NCBI GenBank assembly: GCA_965227295.1
Contig: OZ245742.1
Coordinates: 1,248,001-1,312,000, forward strand
From: Leptonemataceae bacterium
GTDB taxonomy: Bacteria > Spirochaetota > Leptospiria > Leptospirales > Leptonemataceae
Direction of reading: 5' to 3'
Length of the DNA stretch: 64,000 nt
Within the stretch, counting starts at the first letter, position 1; the number at the start of each line of letters is the position of its first letter. The position numbers were made by a program, and so were the translations under genes. This document shows positions 30,514 to 40,299 of the stretch, piece by piece. The notes beneath the pieces are model-generated. The model had not been told where the DNA came from. It made no database searches and saw only the letters and a list, made by a program, of their open reading frames with translations.

Positions 30514-31725
30514 TTAGAGGAGCCCCCCGCGCTTGATGCGGCTGCCGAATTTGCGTCGAAGTTCATCTAAGACCTGCTCTTCCCGCCGGCGCCGCGGCTC
30601 GTTCGTGGCTTCCTGCGTTTCGGCAAACAGATCCATCTGCGTCGCCGGGCGGGCCGTCTCATCTTGCTGCTCTTCGTCGCCCCACAACAAGTTCGACATG
30701 CCGATGCCGATCAAACGCACGCGCTTACCGCGACGGTCGAAGTCGTGAAACAGGGCGAGGGCCGCGTCGCGCATCGTTAACGTGTCGTCGGTGGGATGAT
30801 CCAGCGTGCGTGAGCGCGTAAACGTTTCGAAGCCCGTGAGGCGAATCTTCAAAGTCACCGTGCGACCGGTGCAGCCTTCGCCGCGCATGCGAAAGGCCAG
30901 GTCGTCAGCGATCTCGTAGAGCACGCGCTCCAGACGCTCGCTGTCGTCGACGTCTTCTTCGAAGGTCGTCTCCTCGCTGATGGACTTGCGCCGGCCGTAG
31001 GGCTCCACCGGACGATCGTCGATGCCGTTCGCAAGATTCCAGAAGTGCCGCCCGTGTTTGCCCAGCACGCGTTCGAGTTTTTCCGGATCCGCCGCGGCGA
31101 CGTCGCCGATGTCCCAGAGGCCGAGGTGTTGTAGTTTCTGCACCGTGCGCGCGCCCGCGCCCCAAAGACGTTTTAAAGGTAACTTAGCGAGAAACTCGCG
31201 CTCGCGTCCCGGCTCGCAGATGGCCAGGCCGTCCGGTTTATCGAGGTCGCTGGCGATCTTCGCAATGAATTTATTCGGCGCGATGCCGACGCTGGCGATG
31301 AGTTGCGTCGTGTCTTTGATCTTCGCCTTGATGGCACGACCCAGTTCCGGCTGCGGACCGAAGAGTCGTTCGGTTCCGGTACAATCCAGAAACGCCTCGT
31401 CGATGCTGACTTTCTGTACGACCGGCGCGAAGCTCGCCAGGACTTCCATGACCTGCTTCGAAAGTTCGCTGTAGCGCGCGTACCGGCCGGGCACGTAGAT
31501 GCCGTGCGGGCAAAGTTTGTAAGCACGGCCGATGGGCATGGCCGAATGTATGCCGAACTTCCGCGCGGCATAGTTGCACGTGGAGACGACGCCCCGCCCG
31601 CGGCCTTCTTTCGGATCGGCGCCGACGATTAACGGCTTGCCGCGATACTCGGGATGGTCGAGTTCCTCGACGGCCGCGAAGAAGGCGTCCATGTCGACGT
31701 GGACGATGGTGCGGGGGGATGGCAT
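30514..31725 (-). CDS. dinB: DNA polymerase IV
   Basis: HVDMDAFFAAVE, YAARKFGI, SIDEAFLD. Confidence 0.96.
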   Translation of the reverse strand: MPSPRTIVHVDMDAFFAAVEELDHPEYRGKPLIVGADPKEGRGRGVVSTCNYAARKFGIHSAMPIGRAYKLCPHGIYVPGRYARYSELSKQVMEVLASFAPVVQKVSIDEAFLDCTGTERLFGPQPELGRAIKAKIKDTTQLIASVGIAPNKFIAKIASDLDKPDGLAICEPGREREFLAKLPLKRLWGAGARTVQKLQHLGLWDIGDVAAADPEKLERVLGKHGRHFWNLANGIDDRPVEPYGRRKSISEETTFEEDVDDSERLERVLYEIADDLAFRMRGEGCTGRTVTLKIRLTGFETFTRSRTLDHPTDDTLTMRDAALALFHDFDRRGKRVRLIGIGMSNLLWGDEEQQDETARPATQMDLFAETQEATNEPRRRREEQVLDELRRKFGSRIKRGGLL

Positions 31726-31757
31726 GGATGTAGTATCTTCGCCTGGGCAAAATATTT

Positions 31758-32171
31758 CTACTCCGCTTTCATTTCATCCTGCTCCACCATCATCGTGCCG
31801 ATCCACCACTGATTCCCGCACGGATCTTTGACACCGCCGCGTTTATCCGGATCGCCGTCTTTCCGCACGGGTTCCGCGATCACTTCGCCGCCGGCCGCGA
31901 CGGCGGCCTTGAACGTACGATCCACATCTTCGACGTAGACGTGCACCATGGCGGGCTGCGGTTCCCAATCGTCTCCCACTCCGCCGATCATCACGATGGA
32001 ATCGTGCACGCGCACTTCGATGTGCATGATCGAACCGTCCGGTCGATCGAAACGCCGCATGACGACGGCGTTGAACGTCTTCTTCAGAAAGTCTACGATC
32101 TTCTGCGGTTCGCGGGCCGCAAGATACGCGGAGACGGAGGGATAGTCGGCGGGTTTGTAGAGTCGCTTCAT
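31758..32171 (-). CDS. VOC/glyoxalase (PhnB-like) protein
   Basis: DGSIMHIEV and RGGVKDPCGNQWWI. Confidence 0.88.
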   Translation of the reverse strand: MKRLYKPADYPSVSAYLAAREPQKIVDFLKKTFNAVVMRRFDRPDGSIMHIEVRVHDSIVMIGGVGDDWEPQPAMVHVYVEDVDRTFKAAVAAGGEVIAEPVRKDGDPDKRGGVKDPCGNQWWIGTMMVEQDEMKAE

Positions 32172-32275
32172 GAGTTCGATCTATCCCGATACGCCAAATC
32201 GCGCAACCGAATCCCGCCGCTTTACTCCGATATCCCCCGGAATTCCTGTGGTAAAAAAAGAAACGGAACCGCTCT

Positions 32276-33295
32276 TTGACGTTCGTGCAGAGCCTCTACT
32301 ACATCCGCCGCGGAAAACTCGAATGGCGGGACATTGCGGAACCGGAGATCGGCGCGCCGGAGCAGGCCGTCGTGGAGCCGCTCGTTGCCGGCCGCTGCGA
32401 TCTGGATTACTTCATCGCGCTCGGTGTTACGCCGCTCACGCCGCCGTCGCCCATCGGCCACGAATTGATCGGGCGAATCACCGCCGTGGGTTCCGGCGTG
32501 CGGAACTTTAACGTCGGCGATCGTGTCGTGGTGCCGTTTCACATCTCGTGCGGTCACTGCCGGAATTGCCGCAAGGATCTGCCGGCGTTTTGCAATTCGG
32601 TAAGCCACGGCGCAACCTACGGCATCTCGGATTTCGGTGACTTCGGCGGCAGTCTCTCGGACGCGCTGCTCATTCCGTACGCCGACGCGATGTTGCACCG
32701 GGTGCCCGACGCTGTGAGCGCCGTGGACGCGGTGGCGTGCAGCGATAATCTTACCGACGGTTGGAGGACCGTCGCTCCGTACGTCGATGCGGCGGAATCG
32801 AAGCAGGTCCTCGTGGTCGGCGGCTCGTCCGTGGGTCTCTACGCGCTGATGGCCGCGAAGGCCCTGGGCCAGGAGGCGCACTACGTCGACACGCATCCCG
32901 ATCGATTGCGCATCGCCGAGTCCCTGGGCGCAAAAATATTAAATGTAGATGATCCGAACTTAACGCGCCGCTATGCGCTGACCGTGGATTCAAGCGCGTC
33001 GGAAGCCGGGCTCCGGAAGGCCCTGCTTGCAGTGGAACCCGGCGGGATCTGTACCAGCACGGGCATCTACTTCGGCGACGTCAGCATTCCGTTCTGGGAA
33101 ATGTACAATACCGATGTGACGTTAAAGATCGGCCGGGCCGAGGCGGGCGTCTACATTCCGGAGATTCTACAGTACATCGAACGCGGCTCGCTGAAACCGG
33201 GTGACGTCATCACGGACACGATCGACTGGAAGGATGCAGCGCAACGCTACAAACAAAAGGCCGTGAAGATGATCGTCGTGAAGGAAGCCGCTTAG
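32276..33295 (+). CDS. Zn-dependent alcohol dehydrogenase family protein
   Basis: GHE, GDRVVVPFHISCGHCRNC..C. Confidence 0.92.
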   Translation: MTFVQSLYYIRRGKLEWRDIAEPEIGAPEQAVVEPLVAGRCDLDYFIALGVTPLTPPSPIGHELIGRITAVGSGVRNFNVGDRVVVPFHISCGHCRNCRKDLPAFCNSVSHGATYGISDFGDFGGSLSDALLIPYADAMLHRVPDAVSAVDAVACSDNLTDGWRTVAPYVDAAESKQVLVVGGSSVGLYALMAAKALGQEAHYVDTHPDRLRIAESLGAKILNVDDPNLTRRYALTVDSSASEAGLRKALLAVEPGGICTSTGIYFGDVSIPFWEMYNTDVTLKIGRAEAGVYIPEILQYIERGSLKPGDVITDTIDWKDAAQRYKQKAVKMIVVKEAA

Positions 33296-33347
33296 TTTTA
33301 CGGCGCCGATCGCGCCGAAGGTCCGTGTGCCGAACCGCACTTGCGAA

Positions 33348-34205
33348 TCACCCCACGCTGATGTTCAGGTTGTCCACCACACCCGCGTACTGTTTGCGAA
33401 ACTGCCGCGGCGTGAGCCCGCTGAATTCGCGAAACATGCGAATGAGATGTGACTGGTCGGCGAAGTTCTGTTCGTGGGCCAGCTCCGTATCGTTGAGGAA
33501 CTCGTCACTGCGCAGCCGATCCAGGGTGCGGCGAAAACGACAAATGCGCGCAAAGGTACGCGGAGTGATACCTACGCTCGCGCGAAACTTACGTTCCAGG
33601 CTGCGTTCGGAGACGCCGAGCTTTATCGCAAGAGCGGCGATCTGTATGTCCCCACCGGCCTGATTGATTTCCGAGAGGCCGAAGCGTACGACCCAGTCCC
33701 CGTCGTCCCGGGAGCCGGCCGTGAGCACGCTCAACTGTCGGCAGAGCAATTTCAGGCGATCGGCGGCACGCGGTGTTTCGTCGAGTTGCTGCGTAAGAGT
33801 TCCTACAATTCCGGAGCGCAGTTCGTTCGGATGCGCGCAGCTGTCAGTGAGGTCCGCGGCATGGATGTGAAAGAGCGCACCCAGGGCGTCCGGTTGCAGG
33901 GCGGCGCCGACGGTTGCAACCCGGCCGTTGAGACTCATGGCGATGGGTTTTGTGGCCGGTCCGCAAACGCAGAGATCCGGCAAAGCGAACTCTTGCGTGA
34001 CGTCGAAGCGGCCGTTGTGACCGGGCTGGAAGATGAGAAAGCCGCTGCTCTCGGCGGTGAGGCGAAAGTCCCGACTTACCGCCGGTCCTTCCGCCTCGCC
34101 CTCGACGGACCAGAAGTAGCGTACGAACGGCCGAAGATTTTCCGGCGGTTCGATGCGTTGGTACTTCAGACCGGTTGCGGGTTGTTCTGCGGTTGCTTTG
34201 CCCAT
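33348..34205 (-). CDS. AraC-family transcriptional regulator
   Basis: SERSLERKF..VGITP and FADQSHLIRMFREFSGLTP; start uncertain. Confidence 0.88.
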   Translation of the reverse strand: MGKATAEQPATGLKYQRIEPPENLRPFVRYFWSVEGEAEGPAVSRDFRLTAESSGFLIFQPGHNGRFDVTQEFALPDLCVCGPATKPIAMSLNGRVATVGAALQPDALGALFHIHAADLTDSCAHPNELRSGIVGTLTQQLDETPRAADRLKLLCRQLSVLTAGSRDDGDWVVRFGLSEINQAGGDIQIAALAIKLGVSERSLERKFRASVGITPRTFARICRFRRTLDRLRSDEFLNDTELAHEQNFADQSHLIRMFREFSGLTPRQFRKQYAGVVDNLNISVG

Positions 34206-35017
34206 ACTCCGGTTCCGGCCGTGCGCTGAACGTACTCCTGGAAGTCCCGGGGCTTGCGATCCAGCGCTTCGATTACCCCATGGGACAGGCTGGAATTGCG
34301 CCCGTCCAGTACTTCCCGAAACAAATAATCGACCATGCTTACGACTTCCGGCGGCAGCCCGGCCTCGATCATGCCGGCGTTGTAGGCGTCGATCGGTACA
34401 GCCTGGTATTCGATGCGTTCGCCCAGGGACGCGCCGATTTCCTGCGCGCATTCGGCGAAGGTCATGAGCCGCGGGCCGGTGAGTTCGTAGAGTTTGTTGC
34501 GATGTTGCTCGCTGTTCGTAAGCGCAGCCGTGACGACGTCGGCGATGTCTTCGACATCCACGAAGGGTTCGAGCACGTCCTCCACGGGCAGGACGATGTG
34601 CCGTTGTTGCACGTTATCGAGCAGAAAGCTTTCGCTGAAGTTCTGCATGAACCAGCTGCAGCGCACCACGGTCCAGGCGAGTCCGGAGTCCATGACGATT
34701 TGTTCGCATTTCTGCGCCTCGGGTTCGCCGCGGCCGGAAAGCAGCACCAGGTGTTCCACGTTTTCTCGTTTCGCGCTTTCGGCGAACGCCGCGATGGCTT
34801 CCGAAGCGCCGGGCACGGCCAGGTCCGGATAGAACACGACATAGGCGGCCCGGATTCCGCGCAGGGCCGGCCCCCAGGTCTCGGGTTCGTTCCATTCGAA
34901 ACGCGGTGTGCTGCTGCGTGAAGCCGCGCGATGCGAGATGTTCTGCGCTCGCAATCGTTCCACAACCCGCCGTCCGGTCTTCCCGGTGGCGCCGGTGATT
35001 AAGATATCTTGATTCAT
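34166..35017 (-). CDS. NmrA-like NAD(P)-binding protein
   Basis: ILITGATGKTG, WFMQNF, YELTGP. Confidence 0.9.
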   Translation of the reverse strand: MNQDILITGATGKTGRRVVERLRAQNISHRAASRSSTPRFEWNEPETWGPALRGIRAAYVVFYPDLAVPGASEAIAAFAESAKRENVEHLVLLSGRGEPEAQKCEQIVMDSGLAWTVVRCSWFMQNFSESFLLDNVQQRHIVLPVEDVLEPFVDVEDIADVVTAALTNSEQHRNKLYELTGPRLMTFAECAQEIGASLGERIEYQAVPIDAYNAGMIEAGLPPEVVSMVDYLFREVLDGRNSSLSHGVIEALDRKPRDFQEYVQRTAGTGVWAKQPQNNPQPV

Positions 35018-35130
35018 AGGTTTCTCCAAAATTACCGACCAGGGCCGGCTGATGTTAGAGATCCTACGCGAAATCGCCGCGGGAAAATTGGACGAATCCG
35101 ACAATGCGCGAATCCGCACCGCTCCGCCAC

Positions 35131-35815
35131 CGCTACTTAATCTTACGGTTCGGGGCGTATCTGAACGTTCAGCGAGTTTTCGGTAGCTTAAGAGCTGTGT
35201 CTCCCGACGTTTGCCGTGAGACACACAGGGTAGGTTTCGCTACGAAGGCGGGGATCTTTTTGCTACGGCTGAGCGGGAGTTGTGGTATGTCGTTTTGTTA
35301 AGAATGCTGCGTTCGACCCGGACGCTGGTTTGCGACTCGGCTCCCGTAACGTTTCTTGCGACGAAGACGCCGCTCCGGTCCGCTTTACCACAAACCCCGG
35401 CACAACCTCCGCACGTCAGTTGGAACCAGTCGTGCCCATAAAAGTCTTAATGTACACTGGCCGCGACTTACATCACGATTCGGGGCGTGCTCGAACAAAC
35501 AAAAACGTTTCCGGTAGTTCAAGAGCTGTGTCCCGCACGCGCGGCCGTGAGACACATAAAGTAAATTGCGGAACCTTGAAGGGGTTTTTATGGCTACGGC
35601 GAAGCGGGAGTTGTGGTGTTTCGTTTTGCAAAGCACGCTGAATTCGACCCGGACGCGGGTTTGCGACTCAGTTCCGGCAGCGTTTCTTGCCGCGAAGACG
35701 CCGTTCCGGTGCGCCTTACCACATTCCCCGGCATAACCTCCGTTCATCTGCTGGAACCAGCCGTACCCATAAAAGTCTTAATGTACACTGGCCTCAACTT
35801 ACAACACAGTTCTGG
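35131..35815. repeat. Diverged tandem duplication, period 331 bp (about two copies), probably non-coding
   Basis: ACTTA anchors at 35135, 35466, 35797; AAGAGCTGTGTC at 35190 and 35521; identical CCCATAAAAGTCTTAATGTACACTGGCC in both copies. Confidence 0.85.
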
Positions 35816-35827
35816 ACTTCTGCGATT

Positions 35828-36766
35828 TCAACAGCCGTGGCTGACGGCGATGCCGTAACGATCACCGAGATAACACTGCACGGACTCGCGTTCGGTATCG
35901 GTGAGCAGCCGTTCGTAGAGCAGGAACTCGGCCACGGCGCCTTTGAGATAGATCAGGCTGCCCGGGTCCTGTCGGCCGCCGATGTAAAGGTTGTCCGTAT
36001 AGGCGCCGTCGGAATCGGCGGTGAACGTCGACGGATTGTAGGACGGCTCCGTTCCGTTGAGGTACAGGCGATGACTGGCGTGTGTTCCCTGGAAGGTGTG
36101 CGTGGCAATGCGCGGGACACCGTCGTTCCCCCAGTTCGTATCCAGGGTGCGCGTGGACGCGGTCAGGGCCTGGGCCGTCGGAGCGCCGCGACGGACGTAC
36201 AGGGTGTCGTTGAAGTTCATGTTCAAGTACATGCCGTCGCCGATGTTGGAATCGACGCTGTGCTCGTAGAGGAGGCGCGTCGGCTGGGCCGTGGAGTTGC
36301 TGTAGAAGACCGTAAAGATCGTAAAGTGCTGGATCTTCACGGAGGCCACGCTCAGTAGATTGCCGACGGTGCTGTCCGTGTCGCCGCCCTCGAAGACAAT
36401 GGCCGGTCGATTGTTGAACAGCGCATCCGCCGCGGTCCAGGCCGGATGCAGCGTGGTATCGTCCTGCGACGCCGCCGTGGGGGAAGTGCCGAGGTTGTTC
36501 CACGATTCCACCCGCCCGTTGTTGAATACGATGTTCTCCTCGTCGGCACGATAGCGTAGCAGCAGACTGTCCGTCACCGAGAGGACGGCATCCGGTGTGA
36601 TGGTGACGACAGGCACCGACAGGCCGGCGGCCAACAGGGCGAGCAATGTTACGTCGCGGCCGCTATCGGAGTCTTCGCGCGGATAGATGCCCGTCACAGG
36701 ATGCTGGTACATGCAACCGGTACAGAATAACAACGCGGCAAAGAATGTTAGGACGCGGCGGGCCAT
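35828..36766 (-). CDS. Probable lipoprotein with LamG/concanavalin-like domain
   Basis: Signal peptide ..FCTGC; LYIGG..LKGAVAEFLLYERLL..YLGDRYG. Confidence 0.7.
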   Translation of the reverse strand: MARRVLTFFAALLFCTGCMYQHPVTGIYPREDSDSGRDVTLLALLAAGLSVPVVTITPDAVLSVTDSLLLRYRADEENIVFNNGRVESWNNLGTSPTAASQDDTTLHPAWTAADALFNNRPAIVFEGGDTDSTVGNLLSVASVKIQHFTIFTVFYSNSTAQPTRLLYEHSVDSNIGDGMYLNMNFNDTLYVRRGAPTAQALTASTRTLDTNWGNDGVPRIATHTFQGTHASHRLYLNGTEPSYNPSTFTADSDGAYTDNLYIGGRQDPGSLIYLKGAVAEFLLYERLLTDTERESVQCYLGDRYGIAVSHGC

Positions 36767-36812
36767 GCTTATGCGAATGATACCATTCGGGAGCGGAGCG
36801 GCACAGTAAAAA

Positions 36813-37409
36813 TCAACACCGTAGAATCTTGCGAACACGTTTTTTGAGAGCCGGCAGCACGTCTTCTGCGAACCAGGGTTGCTTCTTCATCCACAGTTGG
36901 TTGCGCGGCGATGGATGGGGCAGCGGGATCATCGGCGTAGGCTTTGTTTTTAAGTACGTCTTCCAGGCGCGCACGGTGTCGGTGAGGTTGTCTTTGCGTC
37001 GGTCCGCGAGCATCCATTCCTGGGAGTAGATGCCCGCGAGGACGATCAGCTCCAGGCGCGTGAGTTTTTGCATGATGTCGTCGTGCCACGTCTGCCGGCA
37101 CTCCGGCCGCGGCGGCAGGTCGCCGGACTTGCCGGTGCCGGGATAACAAAAGCCCGCGGGCAACAACGCGAAGTTCTTTGCATCGTAAAACTCCTCGTCG
37201 CTCACGCCCAGCCACTCGCGCAGACGTTTGCCGCTGGGGTCGTTCCAGGGAATGCCGCTCTCGTGCGCCCGCACCCCCGGGGCCTGGCCGGCAATCAGAA
37301 TCTTCGCGGACGCGTGCAGTTGGAAGATCGGCTTCGGACCGAGGGGCAGATGCTCTTTACAGATGGTGCAGGCGCGAAGGTCTTTCAGAAGTTGTGGGAA
37401 GGTGGGCAT
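36813..37409 (-). CDS. Uracil-DNA glycosylase superfamily protein
   Basis: GQAPG, FCYPG, LPHPSPRN. Confidence 0.9.
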   Translation of the reverse strand: MPTFPQLLKDLRACTICKEHLPLGPKPIFQLHASAKILIAGQAPGVRAHESGIPWNDPSGKRLREWLGVSDEEFYDAKNFALLPAGFCYPGTGKSGDLPPRPECRQTWHDDIMQKLTRLELIVLAGIYSQEWMLADRRKDNLTDTVRAWKTYLKTKPTPMIPLPHPSPRNQLWMKKQPWFAEDVLPALKKRVRKILRC

Positions 37410-37548
37410 GATTCACAGTATGTCCCGTGATCAGCATGGTCAAGCCTGAGGCAGGCGTATGCATGAGAATATTTAAGTACCATTTAAAATAGTCCCGCTT
37501 CAAAAAAAGTGGTCGCGTCGCATTGAGGATGTCGATATTTTGAGCTGT

Positions 37549-38259
37549 ATGGGGGCGACTTCTCCGACAAAGACATTCACATACGTTGGAAACGGTGTGT
37601 ACTCCGTGCCGGAGGCGGCTCGACTCACGGGCATCCAGCCCGGCCGCATTCGTCGTTGGACGAAGGGTTATGATTTTCGGAAACGGGATCGTAGCCGCTC
37701 TCAGTCTTCCGCCTTATTTGCGGGTAGCTATAGGGATGTCGGCGGAAAGCCGGGGCTGAGTTTTCTTGATCTTATAGAGATTCGTTTCGTAGAAGCCTTC
37801 CGCAGCTATGGTGTAAGCTTGCAGGCAATTCGGATCGCCGCTCATCGCGCGGCCATTGAGTTAAACGTCGAGCACCCCTTCGCGACAAGTCGCTTCTACA
37901 CGGATCGGCATCGAATATTTTTGCGAGCCGCTGAGCAAGATCAGAATGTCGAATTGATCGATCTGGTAGGCAATCAGTACGCCATCGATGAAATACTCAC
38001 CCCTCACTTGATCGAAGGAATGGAATTTTCGGCATCCGATCTGGCCGAACGATGGTGGCCCCTCGGCAAACAGAAAGATGTATTAATTGATCCGAATCGC
38101 AGGTTCGGTCAGCCCGTTATTGGTTCTGTAAACATTCCTACTGTGATACTTGCCGGGGCATACGAAGCGAATGGCTCATACGAGGCTGTGGCCGAATGGA
38201 TGGAAGTCGATGAGCTGGCTGTACGGCTGGCCGTGGAATTCGAAAAAAGCCTGGCATAA
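37549..38259 (+). CDS. HTH + DUF433 antitoxin (VapB45-like)
   Basis: YSVPEAARLTGI, SFLDLIE, IDPNRRFGQPVI. Confidence 0.8.
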   Translation: MGATSPTKTFTYVGNGVYSVPEAARLTGIQPGRIRRWTKGYDFRKRDRSRSQSSALFAGSYRDVGGKPGLSFLDLIEIRFVEAFRSYGVSLQAIRIAAHRAAIELNVEHPFATSRFYTDRHRIFLRAAEQDQNVELIDLVGNQYAIDEILTPHLIEGMEFSASDLAERWWPLGKQKDVLIDPNRRFGQPVIGSVNIPTVILAGAYEANGSYEAVAEWMEVDELAVRLAVEFEKSLA

Positions 38260-38260
38260 A

Positions 38261-38656
38261 GTGAAAAAATTCTTCTTCGACACGAATGTGACCCCAAAGA
38301 TTTGCCGGGCGCTTCGGGAATTGGATTCTCAGTCCGAAATTGCGCATCTAAACGAAGTCTTCGATCCAGGTACGGCTGACACGGAGTGCATCTCCGCCCT
38401 TGCTCGCGATGGCCATGAAGTGGTCTTGACCGCCGATCTTCAGATCTTCAAGAATCCCCACGAAAGGCGTGCATGGCAAGAAACGGATCTGTGCATTTTT
38501 ACCCTGACGAAGGGCTACACGAAACTTGCTTTCTGGGAGCAGGCAGTGTTGCTAATACGCCTGTGGCCTGATGTAAAGAAGCGCGCTGCCAGAGCGAAGC
38601 CCCGTGAGATCTACGAACTTCCGCTCCGGGGCGGCAATATCAAAAAAATCTCCTGA
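38261..38656 (+). CDS. PIN-like toxin (VapC45-like)
   Basis: FFFDTN..D..VLTADLQI..E acidic pattern; GTG 2 nt after the antitoxin stop. Confidence 0.78.
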   Translation: MKKFFFDTNVTPKICRALRELDSQSEIAHLNEVFDPGTADTECISALARDGHEVVLTADLQIFKNPHERRAWQETDLCIFTLTKGYTKLAFWEQAVLLIRLWPDVKKRAARAKPREIYELPLRGGNIKKIS

Positions 38657-38780
38657 AATCAGCATGCCGCTCTTCCGGCCTGTCTGACCTAATCCGCCTC
38701 TCGTTACGCGAAATACAATTGACGAAAAACGTGTCGCATATCTTCCTGTCCAAAAGGCCGTATCCGGTCGGGAGCTTTGC

Positions 38781-40277
38781 ATGAGACGATACTTCAGCAC
38801 ACGCGCGGTTCACCTCGGATTGTGGACGCTCTTTCTGATGGCCGCCTGCGTTTTCCTCTGGAATCTTCTGTATGGCCCGTCCACCTGGACGGTCTTTCGC
38901 ACGACCATCCTCGAACTGGAGGTTTCCCTGGCGCTCCGGGTGGATTCGCTGTCCACGCTCCTGTTCGCCATGGTCTCGTTGCTCGGTGCCGCCATCGCGC
39001 GTTACGGCATTCGATACCTGGACGGCGAAGAACGGCAGTGGTACTTCTATCGTTACCTGGCGCTCACCGTTGTGGCGGTGTCGTTGTTCGTGCTTTCTTC
39101 TAACTTGCTGATGCTCTACGCCGCCTGGCTGGTGACGAGCTACGGCCTGCACAAGCTGCTCATTTACTACAGCGATCGCCCCCAGGCAATCTACGCCGCG
39201 CGCAAGAAGATCATCATCTCCCGCATCGGTGACGCCGTGCTGATCGCGGGCATCGCGCTCACGTACAACATCTTCGGTACGTTCGAGTTCGACGAAATCT
39301 TCGCCGAGGTGGCCTACATTTCCGCGGACTCTCCCGACGGACGCATGCTGGCCGTAGTCGGTTTTCTCTTCGTGGCCGGCGCCATGACCAAGTCGGCGCA
39401 ATTTCCGTTTCACTTCTGGTTGCCGGAAACCATGGAGACCCCCGCGCCGGTTTCCGCGCTCATGCACGCCGGCATCATCAACGCCGGCGGATTTTTGATC
39501 ACACGGTTGAGTCCCATCTTACAGGAAGCGACCGCGGCGCATCTCTTGCTTGTGCTCGTCGGCGCGTTCACGGCCGTCTTCGGTGTGCTGGTGATGATTA
39601 CGCAGAACGACATCAAAAAGAAGCTCGCCTACTCCACGATCGCGCAGATGGGCATGATGATGTTCGCCTGCGGTCTCAGCGCGTATACCGTGGCGCTCTT
39701 TCACATGTTCGCCCACAGCTTTTATAAGGCTCACGCCTTTCTTTCCACCGGTTCACTCATCGAAGAAACGAAGAAGATCGGCTTCAAACTCGTGCCGCCG
39801 CCGACCTTTGCCCTGTTGCTCATGAGTTTGATCGGACTGGGCATGGTGCTCTTCGGCCTGGAGTATGAGAACGGGAAACACTTCGCGCTCTTTACGTACG
39901 GCGCGGTGCTGTTCCTGGGGCTGTTTCAGAACATCGGCTCCGCGAAAGGGGAGCGTTATCCGGTACTGCGCGTCGGCCTCGGCATCTTCATCGGCCTCGG
40001 CATTGCCATCGGAGTCTACGCCCTGATTGAATACTCCATCGGTCGCTTCCTGCTGGGGCATATTCCGGAGGCCCTGGAGTCCGGCTCCTGGGCTTCGCCG
40101 CACGGCCTCGTCAGTCTTACGGCCTATGCGGTCTTCGTGGTCGGTCTGTGGCTGAGCGCCGCGCTCCAACGCCCTGCCGGCCCGCGTATGCGTCGCCTGT
40201 ACATGTATTTGTGGAACGGGGGATACTTCTCGCAGCAATCCACGCGAATCATTGCGAGCCTGGCTCCGGTTCGCTGA
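38781..40277 (+). CDS. dabB: DAB inorganic carbon pump, membrane subunit (NuoL-like)
   Basis: KSAQFPFHFWLPETMETPAPVSALMHAG and AHSFYKAHAFL; adjacent to dabA. Confidence 0.88.
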   Translation: MRRYFSTRAVHLGLWTLFLMAACVFLWNLLYGPSTWTVFRTTILELEVSLALRVDSLSTLLFAMVSLLGAAIARYGIRYLDGEERQWYFYRYLALTVVAVSLFVLSSNLLMLYAAWLVTSYGLHKLLIYYSDRPQAIYAARKKIIISRIGDAVLIAGIALTYNIFGTFEFDEIFAEVAYISADSPDGRMLAVVGFLFVAGAMTKSAQFPFHFWLPETMETPAPVSALMHAGIINAGGFLITRLSPILQEATAAHLLLVLVGAFTAVFGVLVMITQNDIKKKLAYSTIAQMGMMMFACGLSAYTVALFHMFAHSFYKAHAFLSTGSLIEETKKIGFKLVPPPTFALLLMSLIGLGMVLFGLEYENGKHFALFTYGAVLFLGLFQNIGSAKGERYPVLRVGLGIFIGLGIAIGVYALIEYSIGRFLLGHIPEALESGSWASPHGLVSLTAYAVFVVGLWLSAALQRPAGPRMRRLYMYLWNGGYFSQQSTRIIASLAPVR

Positions 40278-40299
40278 CTTTTAACGGGAGTAACTTAGC

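Noticed and set aside
35131-35815. CRISPR array or pair of small protein genes (35282-35641, 35613-35858)
   Set aside because: Period is 331 bp with similarity along the whole unit, no cas genes, and mostly non-synonymous differences
38719-38744. Sigma70 promoter TTGACG..TATCTT upstream of dabB
   Set aside because: Spacer is only 14 nt; not supportable without TSS data
38781-40277. Second complex I nuoL copy
   Set aside because: Adjacent DUF2309 gene and motif set indicate DabB
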